From assembly GCA_049999805.1 (NCBI GenBank), contig JBNGIO010005918.1, positions 1 to 32,474 of the forward strand: a DNA stretch of 32,474 nucleotides, written 5' to 3'. This DNA comes from Folioceros fuciformis. Its lineage: Eukaryota. Both the position numbers and the translations under genes were made by a program. Below are positions 22,008-32,474 of this stretch, piece after piece. Below the pieces are notes generated by a model. That model did no database searches, had not been told where the DNA came from, and saw nothing but the letters and a program-made list of their open reading frames with translations. How positions within the stretch are numbered: the stretch's first letter is position 1; each line of letters opens with the position of its first letter.

Positions 22008-22580
22008 ACCACGTGGCATAATTCATGAAATGGCAACTCTTTAAAAATTTCTATCTTCCTCCACATGCAACGAAACTCAAGAAATGTACACTTGTTAGAA
22101 AGCTCTTGTCAAGAGCTACATGTTGGTACAAAAATCATTGTAATATAATGTGTGCACAGAGAGTTACGAGTACTGGACGATGCATGAACCACATTGCATG
22201 ATTCATGTAATGGCAACTATTTAAAAATTTGTATCTCCCTTCAAATGCAGCAAAACTCAAGAAATGTACACTTTCTAGAAAGCTCTTATCAAGAGCTACA
22301 CGCTAGTATAAAAATCATTGTAATACAAGGTGTACACAGAGAGTTACGAGCACTTGACGATGCATGAACCACATTACATGATTCGTGTAATAGCAACTCT
22401 TTAGAAATTCGTATCTCCCTCCATATGCAACAAAACTCAAGGAATGTACACTTGTTGGAAAGTTCTTGTCAAGGGCTACATGGTGGTATGAAAATCAATG
22501 TGATTGTAGAGAGAGTTGTAGAGAGTTTTGTAGAGAGAGTTACAAGCTCTGGACGGAGGGGAACCAAGTTACATGATTCA
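22008..22580. repeat. Tandem repeat with exact 180-bp period, about 3.1 copies
   Basis: attcatgaaatggcaact (22021), attcatgtaatggcaact (22201), attcgtgtaatagcaact (22381); units are colinear throughout. Confidence 0.95.
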
Positions 22581-22697
22581 AATATGAACCAACTTTACAA
22601 GTAAAACGAAACTAAAGCCACATAGGCTTATTTCAGAACCCTTGTATGGAGCTACAATATGGGACTACTAAGTGGGGTCGGAATCATGCTCCTGCTG

Positions 22698-24466
22698 CTA
22701 CAAGATAAGGGCTAGCTGGTCCCTTAAACTTTCCCCTGCAAGATCTGAAACCCTTGCACTAGGAACTGTAATGTAGTTAGGATTGTGCTGAGGGATTGTG
22801 TTTATAGCACGGTCAGCATCACTATCTTGCATATCAACATTGATGTTATGTAGTATACAACAGTAGAATGCCAATTTGCCAACATGCTTTGGATCTCACC
22901 AAACTAGGCATTTGTTCAAGATACGCCAAGTACCTTTTAAACATACAAATGCCCTTTCTACGACAATTGTTAGGTGGGAACATTTAATATAAACCATATA
23001 AAGCGTTAGGTTGTTAGGGGGTTATCAGGGCTGTTTCACCAAACATCATGGACCTTAGCATAAAAGACATTTTTTTAATCTTTTTAATTATTACTGAAAA
23101 TATCATTTGCTTAGTGTTCTCCACCCTGCTAAATTGATATGGTATTAGAGCAACGTATGCATCCTTGAGAAGATACATGCATAATGCCGAGATATGATGG
23201 TTCCTATAGGTATAAGCATCAAGGTCAATCCTCCAAAAATCTAAACAATGGAGGGTTTCTACCTAGATACCTAATACGTACTCTTAACCATGGAAACTAT
23301 CCTGGCCAGTGGCCTCAAATACTTGTCACCCCTGGCTCCTCAATAAATTGTCCAATTCTATCGGAAAGGAGCCTAGAGACTGTTTGCCCATATTAGGGGC
23401 AACATTGGAGATGCCAGAATTTTGACTTAGGCAACCATTTCTAGCCAAGCACCTTCCCTCAGAATTTTGGAAGGTGACCAAGGGTTTCCACAAGATCTAC
23501 AAAAAGACAGCATTAAGCAAACATGCAGCCTCTCAAGTTTCTGTTAGGGAAGGGAACAATGAGCCAAGGAAGTAATGGAAAACCAACATCAGCAATTATA
23601 TACTCTTGGATTCTATGAGGTCCAACAAGCATATAAGATCCATGAAGTCGCTCCTTATCTTCTTCTGGTCGGTATAGGCTAGAATTACTAAGAACTCTAG
23701 AATCGTTTACACTTTCTAGCTAGCCAGCATAGACATCAATGAAGCGCATGCTCATGTCAACAGTACCTTGAAGAATGATGCTGTAATTCTTCATGTGGTC
23801 AAAGTAGGCTGTTGAGGTCACACATTGAGGCAATTCTAGCTCAACGTGGGTGACATCAATAGCTCCTCTGCAATTTGGTAATCCACGGTGATTTTGGAAA
23901 CCCATCTCCACATGGGCTGCACAAGAAGTGAGTGACCGCACAAACTCCACACCACCTTAGACAAGGTTGACTCGGCTACACCAAACAATTCGGCAACTAC
24001 TTTGAGAGAATCTCTAGTCCCCAATCTTGTGAGAATCATAGCTATCTATTTTGCAACATGTAACTTATGGTTTGGCAAGGTAATGAGACTTGGAGGAGGA
24101 TGTCTGGTCAAGTCAAGAGCAACAACACTACAGATGTAATTGAATGTGGTTGGAGAGACTTTGATCATCTCTCTCCAACGGTCAGGATCTCCACTTGGAA
24201 CAATTATCATGAACTTTGCTCACCAATGAAGTGACTATGGTTTGATGTAGTACATACCTACCCTTCTTTTAGGCATGCAGTACAAGTGAGCTTCTGTGCA
24301 TACGAGCAGCCTCATTGTGGTGAGGAGGGCTTCCTTGTCTGCCACTCTCATAAGGCGCTAAGCTTGCTTGTAGATGTAGCCGGGACGCTGTGTACTGGGT
24401 GCTTGGGATTGTGACCACAATGGCCATCATAGCTGCGAGAATCGAGTGCTCTTGACGATCAACCAT
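22698..24466 (-). pseudogene. HARBI1/PIF-type DDE transposase pseudogene (5' end uncertain)
   Basis: DRWREMIKVSPTTFNYIC, ILTRLGT..VAELFGVAESTLSKVV (HTH), GLPNCRGAIDVTH, YSIILQGTVD..RFIDVYAG*LESVNDSRVL, YIIADVGFPLLPWLIVPF, IVVERAFVCLKGTWRIL, CCILHNI, GESLRDQLALIL* (22698). Several stops, frameshifts and a ~500-bp interruption. Confidence 0.92.
23028..23532. mobile_element. Nested ~505-bp insertion within the transposase gene (possible MITE)
   Basis: Separates the normally adjacent PWLIVPF and IVVERAF motifs. Flanked by TCA on both sides (23025-27 and 23533-35); ends GGGCTG...CAGCCTC. Confidence 0.55.
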
Positions 24467-24469
24467 TAT

Positions 24470-25212
24470 AGCGCTAATAACAAAGAATTATTTTTGAGAT
24501 AATTATTTCTGAGATGCTCAAGTGGCAAAGAACTAGTATGATTGCACTAACAACAAAGAATTATTTCTGAGATGCTCGGATGGCAAAGAACAAGTATGAT
24601 CACACTAACATTATTTCTGAGATGCTCCGGTGGCAAACATTAATTCTGAGATACTCCGGTGGCAAACATTATTTCTGAGATACTCCAGTGGCAAACATTA
24701 TTTCTGAGATACTCCGGTGGCAAAGAACGAGGATGATCGCACTAACAACAAAGAAATATTTCTAAGATGCTCGGATGGCAAAGAACAAGCATGATCACAC
24801 TAACATTATTTCTAAGATGCTCCAGTGGCAAACATTCATTCTGAGATACACGGTGGCAAACATTATTTCTGAGATACTCGGGTGGCAAAGAATGAGGATG
24901 ATCGCATTAACAACAAAGAAATATTTCTAAGATGCTCCAGAGGCAAAGAACGAGGATGATTGCGAAATATTTCTAAGATGCTCCAGAGGCAAAGAACGAG
25001 GATGATTGCGCTAACAACAAAGAAATATTTATGAGATGCTATATTTCTGAGATGCTATATTTCTGAGATGCTCTGGTGGCAAAGAACGAGGATGATCGCA
25101 TTAACAACAAAAAAAAAGTTTTTGAGATGCTCCGGTGGCAAAGAACTATTATGAATGAGATGCTCCGGTGGCAAAGAACTACTATGAATGAGATGCTTTG
25201 GTGGCAAATAGA
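24470..25212. repeat. Right subterminal array: core TTTCTGAGATGCTCCGGTGGCAAA in ~28-bp and ~57-bp units, about 15 cores
   Basis: Repeated core alternating with gaacgaggatgatcgcactaacaacaaaga; begins immediately 5' of the transposase. Confidence 0.95.
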
Positions 25213-25531
25213 ATTAGTTCTGAAGTGCACCACCGGGAGCTATGAGGTGCACCACCGGGAGCAGCGTTTGCTTCCGGTGGGTGCCCTTAAAATCCGAAAT
25301 TTTTGGCCACATGCACGTGTTATGGAACATGGAAAATGCCCTTAAACTGATTTGTCCACATTGATTTAGGTGCACATGGAAAGCGACTCTAACAACTCAA
25401 ATAAACAGTGTTTCAAGAAAATATGTCAAGGAAGCCATGTACGTAAGCGCAGGCATGGGGATGGATGGGAATACTTTTCCCACTCTCACACCCAGACCCA
25501 CTCCTGTTGCTTGGCAAAATAGCCACACTGC

Positions 25532-28500
25532 CTACAATCGCGACCTAGTCTGGCTTTGAGATGGAGCATTCGAACCGGCCGCACCGCCCTGTGTACCACG
25601 CGAACAAGGACACTCTTAGCTACGAACACGAGCATACTCGTTCACGGAATCTTCTACAGAAAACCACTCACCAGTTTTAGACCCCTTGCAGCCCGTTCTT
25701 CCAAGTAGGAAGAGGGCTTAAAAAAATCGCCAAACGTCTCAGACCATTTCTTCAACCTCGTGGCGATGTACTTAGGATCAATCAAATCAGCCCAGAAGAC
25801 GATACCGCCTCTGCAAAGACACAATACAGCAGTTAGGACCAAGGGACTAGCCAGAGGTTTCACAGGTCCGTTCAATATTTCATACACGATAGAACATAAG
25901 ATCTTGTGTGTCTGAAACACACCTGTAGGCGGGAAAACCCATGCCCAGCACACTGGCAATATCGAGGTCACTAGACTTGCTGACCACCCTCTCATCCAAA
26001 ACGCGGCAGGCTTCATTTACTATAGGGAAGAAAATCATCTCCACAATGTCCTGGTCTGTCACAGTGATGGGCTGCACACAAGGTAGGAAGGAGACGTGAG
26101 GGACCCCATGTGCTCATATGTTCAAAGCAAAACCCAATCCACACGAGAGGCTCACCTTGCCGCCCGGTAATATGTTTGCAATTTTCCGTGACTTCTCCAC
26201 ATACTCTCGAAGTTCGGGAGTGGGCCCCGGTCTTCGCTTTTCATCGTACTGGTAAAACCCTTTCCGACTACTCTCACCTGAACATAACGTTGCCCAGCTT
26301 GAGCGAAATATACCAGAAACTGCACTCAAAGACGACCCAAACCACACAAAAATGCCTACCAACGCGGCCATCCTCGAGCATCATCGGAACCAAAGCAGAC
26401 TTGTACACCCGATCTGGGAAAGAGTCCACGAATTGCTTCCCCACTGCCACACCCACACCAAAGCCAACAAGATCCACGAGTCTGCACCGAAAGCGAATTG
26501 AGAGTGAGGCCCATCAGATATTACCATCCAAAACCTTCTCGACAGAGAACGCAATCACCAAAACATGTACCGGAAAGGCCCCATTGGCATGCCAAAACTT
26601 TTGATGACAGCATCAATCCGATAAGGATCAACACCAAGATCCACCAACATGGTAGCAGCCATGTTGTACGGAAAGAACACCCGATTGACAGCAAATCCAG
26701 TGCAATTTCCAACTACTACAGGAACTTTCTTGATGTTCTTTCCCACATCCATGAGATCCACAATAGTTTGAGGAGATGTCTTTGCGGTGCGAACGATTTC
26801 AAGCAGTGGCATGACATGGGCAGGACTGTCACACAGATACCGCCATGGGGTCAGAAAGACCAGAGGGCTTCCAACAAAAGCCAGCCAGTAGGTAAAGACC
26901 GAAGGAACGCTGCAAACGACAAGACACCAAGTACCTGAAAAAGTGGGCTCCAACAATCCTATCCTTTGACCGTGTCTTAGCACTGATAAGATTTAAATCA
27001 ATGGTCGATGTGTTTGTTGCCAAAACACACGTGGGAGAGCAGTACTTCTCAATGTCAACAAAAATCTGTTGCTTGAGAGGTATATTTTCAATGACAGCCT
27101 GCACTCGCCCACACTTGCCAACGATAAATATTCTCATCCAAGGAATACCCCAATAAAGTTATGTGGGTCAGCAAGGTGCAGACGAACAAATGTCCGTCAA
27201 GTACACATACCTCAATGACAAGATCAGCAGAAGAGAAGTCCTCATAGTCAAGAACTCCCTTCACCAATGAAATTGTTTTCTTGTATCTGTCCTCTGTCAT
27301 AGCACCTTTCACGACACGGCTTCGCAGATTTGCTGCACTCCCACAAAACACATTCAGCACTATGTAGCATCTACCTTCTGATACGAAAATTTCCAGACCA
27401 GTGAAATACATTTTATTCGTTCGAGGCCCTGCTCGAGGAACTTCTCATTGACCTCCTTTAGAAGTACAGGGATATTGTTCATGATCAAAGCCGTGACAAT
27501 GCCAGAGCCCATAAGTCCGCCCCCAATTACAGCAACCTTCTTCACTTGTCTAGGCTTCAGACCTAAGTCTGTGACACCCGGAACCTGCGCAAAATAGCAA
27601 CAGTTAACAAGCAATTCAACTTCACCTATGAAAGTACAACGGACCAATCTTGCCATATGTAGAACCTGAGAGGCCTAATATTACCTTGGTTGTTGCCCGT
27701 TGAGCAAAAAACATGTGAACAAGGGCCTTAGCTGTGTCAGAATAAAGAGCCTCCAAAAACACTTGCTCTTCCTGCATAAAGAACATCCAAGTAGCGTTTA
27801 ACCACGTACCCTCTGCTCAACTCTTCTGCACACATCACGCAGTGAGAAAGATACACAGTAGACAACAGCTTACCTTCAGCAGGCCAGCATAGCCCCCCCG
27901 CACCACACCTTCCTCTACAGCATCCAAACACAAGAAAGGATGCTTCAAATCTGGCGCCGTCTTCTTGGCTTGCTCCCTTGCAAACTTTAAAATCTGCCGA
28001 GCATCTCCAAGCGGTTCCAACTTGTCAGTCCTGTAGAGTGACAGGACCCAAGGCCGGCGAAATGAAGCAATGTCCAGTGCCCACTTGCGAGCCACACTCA
28101 AGAGAGCATCAAATGAGACTATCTCGTCGATCAGGCCAAGCTCCTTTCCTTCCTCGGCCTTGATGGGCTTGGAAAGCTGCAAAAATGAAAGGAACAGGAG
28201 ATGGCTCAGGTATGATGGTGAACCCTGAGGCTCCTTTGCACATTGGAGCTGTAAAGCACAAAGAATGATGGCCCAGGGAAAAGGGCACCAGCATCATCTC
28301 GATAGCCTTCGCCAATCCCACAAAGCGAGGCAGCCGCTGAGTACCTACACACTCAGTCAGTGGAAGTAAAGGTGAAACTCAAAAACACACATCCGGCAAT
28401 TAACTCGATCTTTGGCTTTTGGGGTTTGAAACAGGTAGTAGTTGATCCTTATCCAGCAGCTCACCTCCAAATCCAGGGATGATACCAAGCTGAAGTTCTG

Positions 28501-29582
28501 GAAGACCAAGTTGGGCTTTGGGAGTGGAAAGTCGAGCATGACATGACTGCAATTATGCATGCCAAAAAAATGAAGAGTTGTGCCACGTGTTTTGTGGCGA
28601 GAAAAAATACAACTCAGAACAATCCTTGGCACAAATGATTTGAGCAAAAACGAACCATTGCCAGCTCCAAACCACCACCAAGAGCCAGTCCAGAAATTGC
28701 GGCCACTGACGGCTTCTTCGCAGCTGCACATGGGGGCACATAGTGAGCACGAAGGACCACATCCCTACAGTAGTAACGTATCATCCACAGCGAGGTATAG
28801 GAATGGACCTTCAATGGTATTTGCCATCAAGTCGACTGAGACACGTCCCATACTATCAGCACTTCCTGTGACAGGGAAGACAGTGTGAAGTCAACGTGCA
28901 TCAAAAGAGATCTTGCGGGAAGGAGTGATCACAAACACTGAAAATTTCTCGTTCACAAAATCCAAGACTCACTGTTCCTTTGGACTTCAGCGATTGCGTT
29001 GATGTCAAATCCTCCTGAAAACTTTCCATCCGCCCCTATCGCAAGCAATCGGTTACCCTCTCACTTCTCACAGAAGAAAGCAACCTAGAGGTAAACTTCA
29101 GCACGAGCCAAAAACGGAAAGAGCTTCCCAAGCCGCTGGCCGCCCTAGAGGTCGATCTAAACCAATCCTCGATCCACAAAGCAGCAAATTTGTGCTGTCC
29201 ATTACAATTGAGCCGTGGCCACTAAACATGCGAGACATACCAGTCACAACAATCGCTTTCACGTCATCCCGACTCAATGCCTCGTCGTACTTCTGTTTCA
29301 GTTGGCGCAGAACTGACACAGTAAACAATTGGCGGGAGCAGACAAGAAACACGATTAGCCACGGCTGGGCCAGACGGAACCAGTAACCATCCCTGCCAAC
29401 CCGGAATTCTAAACCAAATCACATGCAGAGAACGCAGAAGCAGACTTGACGCGCCACGCAACGGCTGAAGCGCTCAAAATTCACTCACTCGGAATGGCCA
29501 ACGCATTCACTGGTGGGAACACGAGCGAAATGACTGCAACCCCATCGGCTCCAACATCCATGTTCACGCTCGCCTTCCCCAT
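25532..29582 (-). CDS. MFP2: Peroxisomal fatty acid beta-oxidation multifunctional protein (MFP2/AIM1 family, MFP2-like), 18 exons
   Basis: [133 protein letters not shown]. Ends TRSRL* (PTS1). Confidence 0.95.
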
Positions 29583-30283
29583 GTTGCTGAGAGGAATTCC
29601 CTTGGACAGGGACAGCGCAACAAATTCGCCCGAGCTCCAAGAAGAAAACGAAGGTGGTGATGCTGCGCGGAAGGGAGAGCTTTCGGGGGAAGGATAGAGA
29701 TATAAGGAGAAGAAAGTGGAGATGAGGGAGTGGGAACAGAGAACGAACGCAAGCTGTGCAGCTGCGATGAAGGCGACGATCTGGGGACTTGGCGCTGGAG
29801 AGCTATTTAGACCGCAGCTTGCCACCAAGGCGGTGCCGGACACATCGGACGTCTACCGGAAAGACCCGTAGGCGGTGATTAACTACAGTGAACTAAAATA
29901 CAGAGCTCACCGTGCCAAAGTCGTAGCAACGGAAAATATCTTTAGACGTCATCTTGAAAAAGAGATACATGTATGATGTACAGTTACGGACGTAGGAGGA
30001 TAGACATCGACTATTCAGGTACCTATCCAGGTGCCTATGCAAATAGATGTTGGATAACTTGGGAGTGGTTTGGAGCCCTCATACCAGTTTTGTCCCTAAT
30101 TTCCAATGTAGGTAACGTGAGCTGAAAATGGCTCGATTCATGCTCAGCTCCCGTTGAGATGAGATGACAGAAGATGGAAGTGGTGGTACCGTGCAGAGAT
30201 GCGGAATCCTGGATGTGCAGGAGGGTAAGCTAAATAGAGGTGTCAAGTAGCCTCAAAGGAGATTGAGAAGAGGCCAGTAAGCA

Positions 30284-31675
30284 CTACAAATTGGGGGTGG
30301 TGAGGAGACCTCGCTCGACTGGAGGAGGGTGGGTAGGCACAAGGAAAACACGCCTGTCCATTTGCCATCTGAACACCACCACTCCCTTGTAAGCAGTTCT
30401 TGGCACGCCATCTTTCCACTCCTCAAAGACTCCAAAGCGGGAAGCTAGGGCCCTGAACTGGGTCTCACTCGCGTAGTAAATCTTGACATCAGAATCGATG
30501 TTATCCGCCTGCGCAAAATCGGACACAGTCAAAGCCTTGTCCAGCAGGCTGCTGAAATGAGCCGCAAAGCGATCCGGAAGCAAGTAGCTGAGATCCTTGC
30601 TTTTCCAATTCACCGCGACGTCGTTGAGCTTGATAGGCTCCAAGTACTGCCTGAAAAACTGGCCCATGCTGGAGCCGTGCTCTCCGAAGTTGTAGGTTCT
30701 GCAAACCTCCGGTCGAATGACCTGCCTCCCTTTCCTGACAGACGCCAGCCTGAGCCAATCATCCCAGTACGCCTTGGGCCACTTTGGCGCGAGCTCGTCC
30801 CACAATGTTTTGGTGAGCATCCAACCTAAGCCCGGGAAGAAATCTGCGCGGTACAAAGACTCTGGATCGCGCACAAAATCGCGTTGCCCGTTGTCGTTCC
30901 AGGATGACACCGCAATCAAGGAAGAGTCGCTGTCCAGCAAAGCTGCGGTGGCCTCGAAGTATTCGAAGAAGTCCGGAGCGAGCTCCATGTCGTCTTCAAG
31001 GATGATGACCTTGGAGAAGTTGCGATCATCGAAGAGCTGAGACAAGGCCCATTTGTAGTGATCCGCGATCCTGTAGTAGGCAGGATGCTCCCCAGGCGGC
31101 ACTGCAGAGCTCGGCGCCAAATGCTGCATGAAGATGAACTGGTCGGAGAAGGAGGTGGCCTTGGCCTTCACATCCGCGTTGCCGCCGTCCTGCGATATGA
31201 ACAACGGGAACTTGACGGCTTGCTCGAGGCTGTCATGGTACTTGAGAATGGAGCTCAGGGTCCGCTCCAGGTAATCCGGCCGGTTGCAGGCCATCACCAC
31301 AACCGCGGCAACCACATGCAATTCTTTGACCACAGCGGAGGAAACCACATCCGATTCCAAATCCAGCTTCTTGTAGTTGTCACCCCCGGTTCTCTGCAGG
31401 AGGCCGTGGTAGACAGTGCTGAGCTGCGCGTTCTTGACCTCCAGCTGCCGCGTCTCATCCTCCAGCATCAACTGTTTGCCCTGGCACGCGCGGAGCTCGT
31501 CCAGGAGCAGGTGCACCTTGGAGCCGTATTCCCGCTCATAATAATCCTGAGCCTCTGCCGCGATTCTGCTGCTGTACTGCTGCTGCGTGGAGAACAAACG
31601 CCATTGCATCACCATGAAGAAGACGGCAGCACCCAGCAACAGTACCAACAAGCGAGCCTCTTTCCATCTCGTCAT
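30284..31675 (-). CDS. GNTI: Alpha-1,3-mannosyl-glycoprotein beta-1,2-N-acetylglucosaminyltransferase I (GT13), intronless CDS
   Basis: Signal anchor, coiled-coil stem, VVVMACNRPDYLERTL, FPLFISQDG, YYRIADHYKWAL, VIILEDDMELAPDFF, SSWNDNG, FFPGLGWML, YWDDWLR, RPEVCRTYNFGEHGSS, DGVPRTAYKGVV. First in-frame ATG is 31675. Confidence 0.96.
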   Translation of the reverse strand: MTRWKEARLLVLLLGAAVFFMVMQWRLFSTQQQYSSRIAAEAQDYYEREYGSKVHLLLDELRACQGKQLMLEDETRQLEVKNAQLSTVYHGLLQRTGGDNYKKLDLESDVVSSAVVKELHVVAAVVVMACNRPDYLERTLSSILKYHDSLEQAVKFPLFISQDGGNADVKAKATSFSDQFIFMQHLAPSSAVPPGEHPAYYRIADHYKWALSQLFDDRNFSKVIILEDDMELAPDFFEYFEATAALLDSDSSLIAVSSWNDNGQRDFVRDPESLYRADFFPGLGWMLTKTLWDELAPKWPKAYWDDWLRLASVRKGRQVIRPEVCRTYNFGEHGSSMGQFFRQYLEPIKLNDVAVNWKSKDLSYLLPDRFAAHFSSLLDKALTVSDFAQADNIDSDVKIYYASETQFRALASRFGVFEEWKDGVPRTAYKGVVVFRWQMDRRVFLVPTHPPPVERGLLTTPNL

Positions 31676-32474
31676 GGCCACACCGACTGTTCTGGCTCCT
31701 CCGCAGCTTCATGCTCCATGTACCCCGTTTCCGAGGACGCCTCCAGGACTAGGGCATCCGCAGGGACGTCGACCTCGCTCCTCAGTCCCCCGGAGCTGGA
31801 CTGTCCCTGAAAATAGGGCGACAGGTAGGGGAGAGCAGGAGTTTTCAATTGCAGTGCACTCTGTAGAAAAAGGGGCAGGGCTATTCCCCTATTCGCTATC
31901 ACAAAGTTCTTCCTTGCCATCCATTGAAGTCCATATTTGTGGCCAGAGAAACATTGATGGAACACCGACCTCGTCTACTGCGCGGCGGCTGTGTATTAGG
32001 TGTTTCACTCTTTATGCATTCTACCGGACCATGCATTGCAGCACATCCGTGGAATTGCATGTCGAGGACTACATTCTCAACCCGTCATCATCGTTCAAGA
32101 TACCCAAACCCTTACACTTCTCATTGCAAGCGCACGAAGGCATGCAGGGGTGCCCAAGGGTTCAATTTGGCTCTGGCAGCGACTTGATTGCGTCGTGCCT
32201 GCAACCAGAGGCCTGCTGTGGAGGACACCGGGTGCAATCCACCCTAAATTTATTGAGGTAGCCAAGCGTGGAAGGTGCATTTTGTGGCAGCATTTAAAAT
32301 TCTACAATTATACCACCAATTTACTCACGCAATTGAATTAGCAATGGCCTTTTAAAAAACGCACAATCAAACTACGCCAATCCACACCAACAATTTCCTC
32401 ATCCAGTCAAAGATTATCAGAACAATAGGAATAGATAACCATGAAGTTTGGTTCATTTGTTTTTTTGACTTATA

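Larger units (their letters stand above)
20395..25341. mobile_element. Decayed autonomous PIF/Harbinger transposon (Myb/SANT gene + DDE transposase, convergent) with subterminal and internal tandem arrays; boundaries approximate
   Basis: Two-gene layout typical of the superfamily. A candidate right end ...GGAAAATGCCC|TTA lies at 25341. A matching left TIR was not found. Confidence 0.85.

Noticed and set aside
24470..25212. Repeat-spacer appearance as a CRISPR-like array
   Set aside because: The intervening segments are themselves repeated variants of one sequence, so this is a compound minisatellite.
5520..29582. Lipid-metabolism gene cluster (CER3 + MFP)
   Set aside because: The genes are 17 kb apart with unrelated genes between them, and act in different pathways and compartments.
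31058..32261. Plus-strand ORFs of 250 and 224 aa
   Set aside because: Antisense to GnTI and its leader, non-ATG starts, no domain signal.

Overview
Gene-dense eukaryotic nuclear DNA from a land plant: about 50% GC, mostly 70-130 bp GT-AG introns and two N gaps. The compact style suggests a non-seed plant such as a hornwort or Selaginella, which is inference only. I can read nine apparently intact genes: a FYVE+ankyrin protein, CER3/WAX2-like, a PUT/RMV1-type polyamine transporter, GAR1, RPA-interacting protein, an uncharacterised glycosyltransferase-like protein, a plastid bacterial-PH-domain protein, peroxisomal MFP, and an intronless GnTI. A proline-rich ORF runs off the left edge and is absent from the ORF track. 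Accessory DNA has three parts. (1) An old tandem duplication spanning the convergent 3' ends of the FYVE and CER3 genes. (2) A ~1.15 kb TIR-bounded non-autonomous element filled with minisatellites. (3) A ~5 kb decayed PIF/Harbinger element with convergent Myb/SANT and DDE pseudogenes, three tandem arrays that share short motifs (one an exact 180-bp period carrying a palindrome) and a nested insertion. No CRISPR array, rRNA or tRNA was found. All calls are from manual reading; no searches were run.
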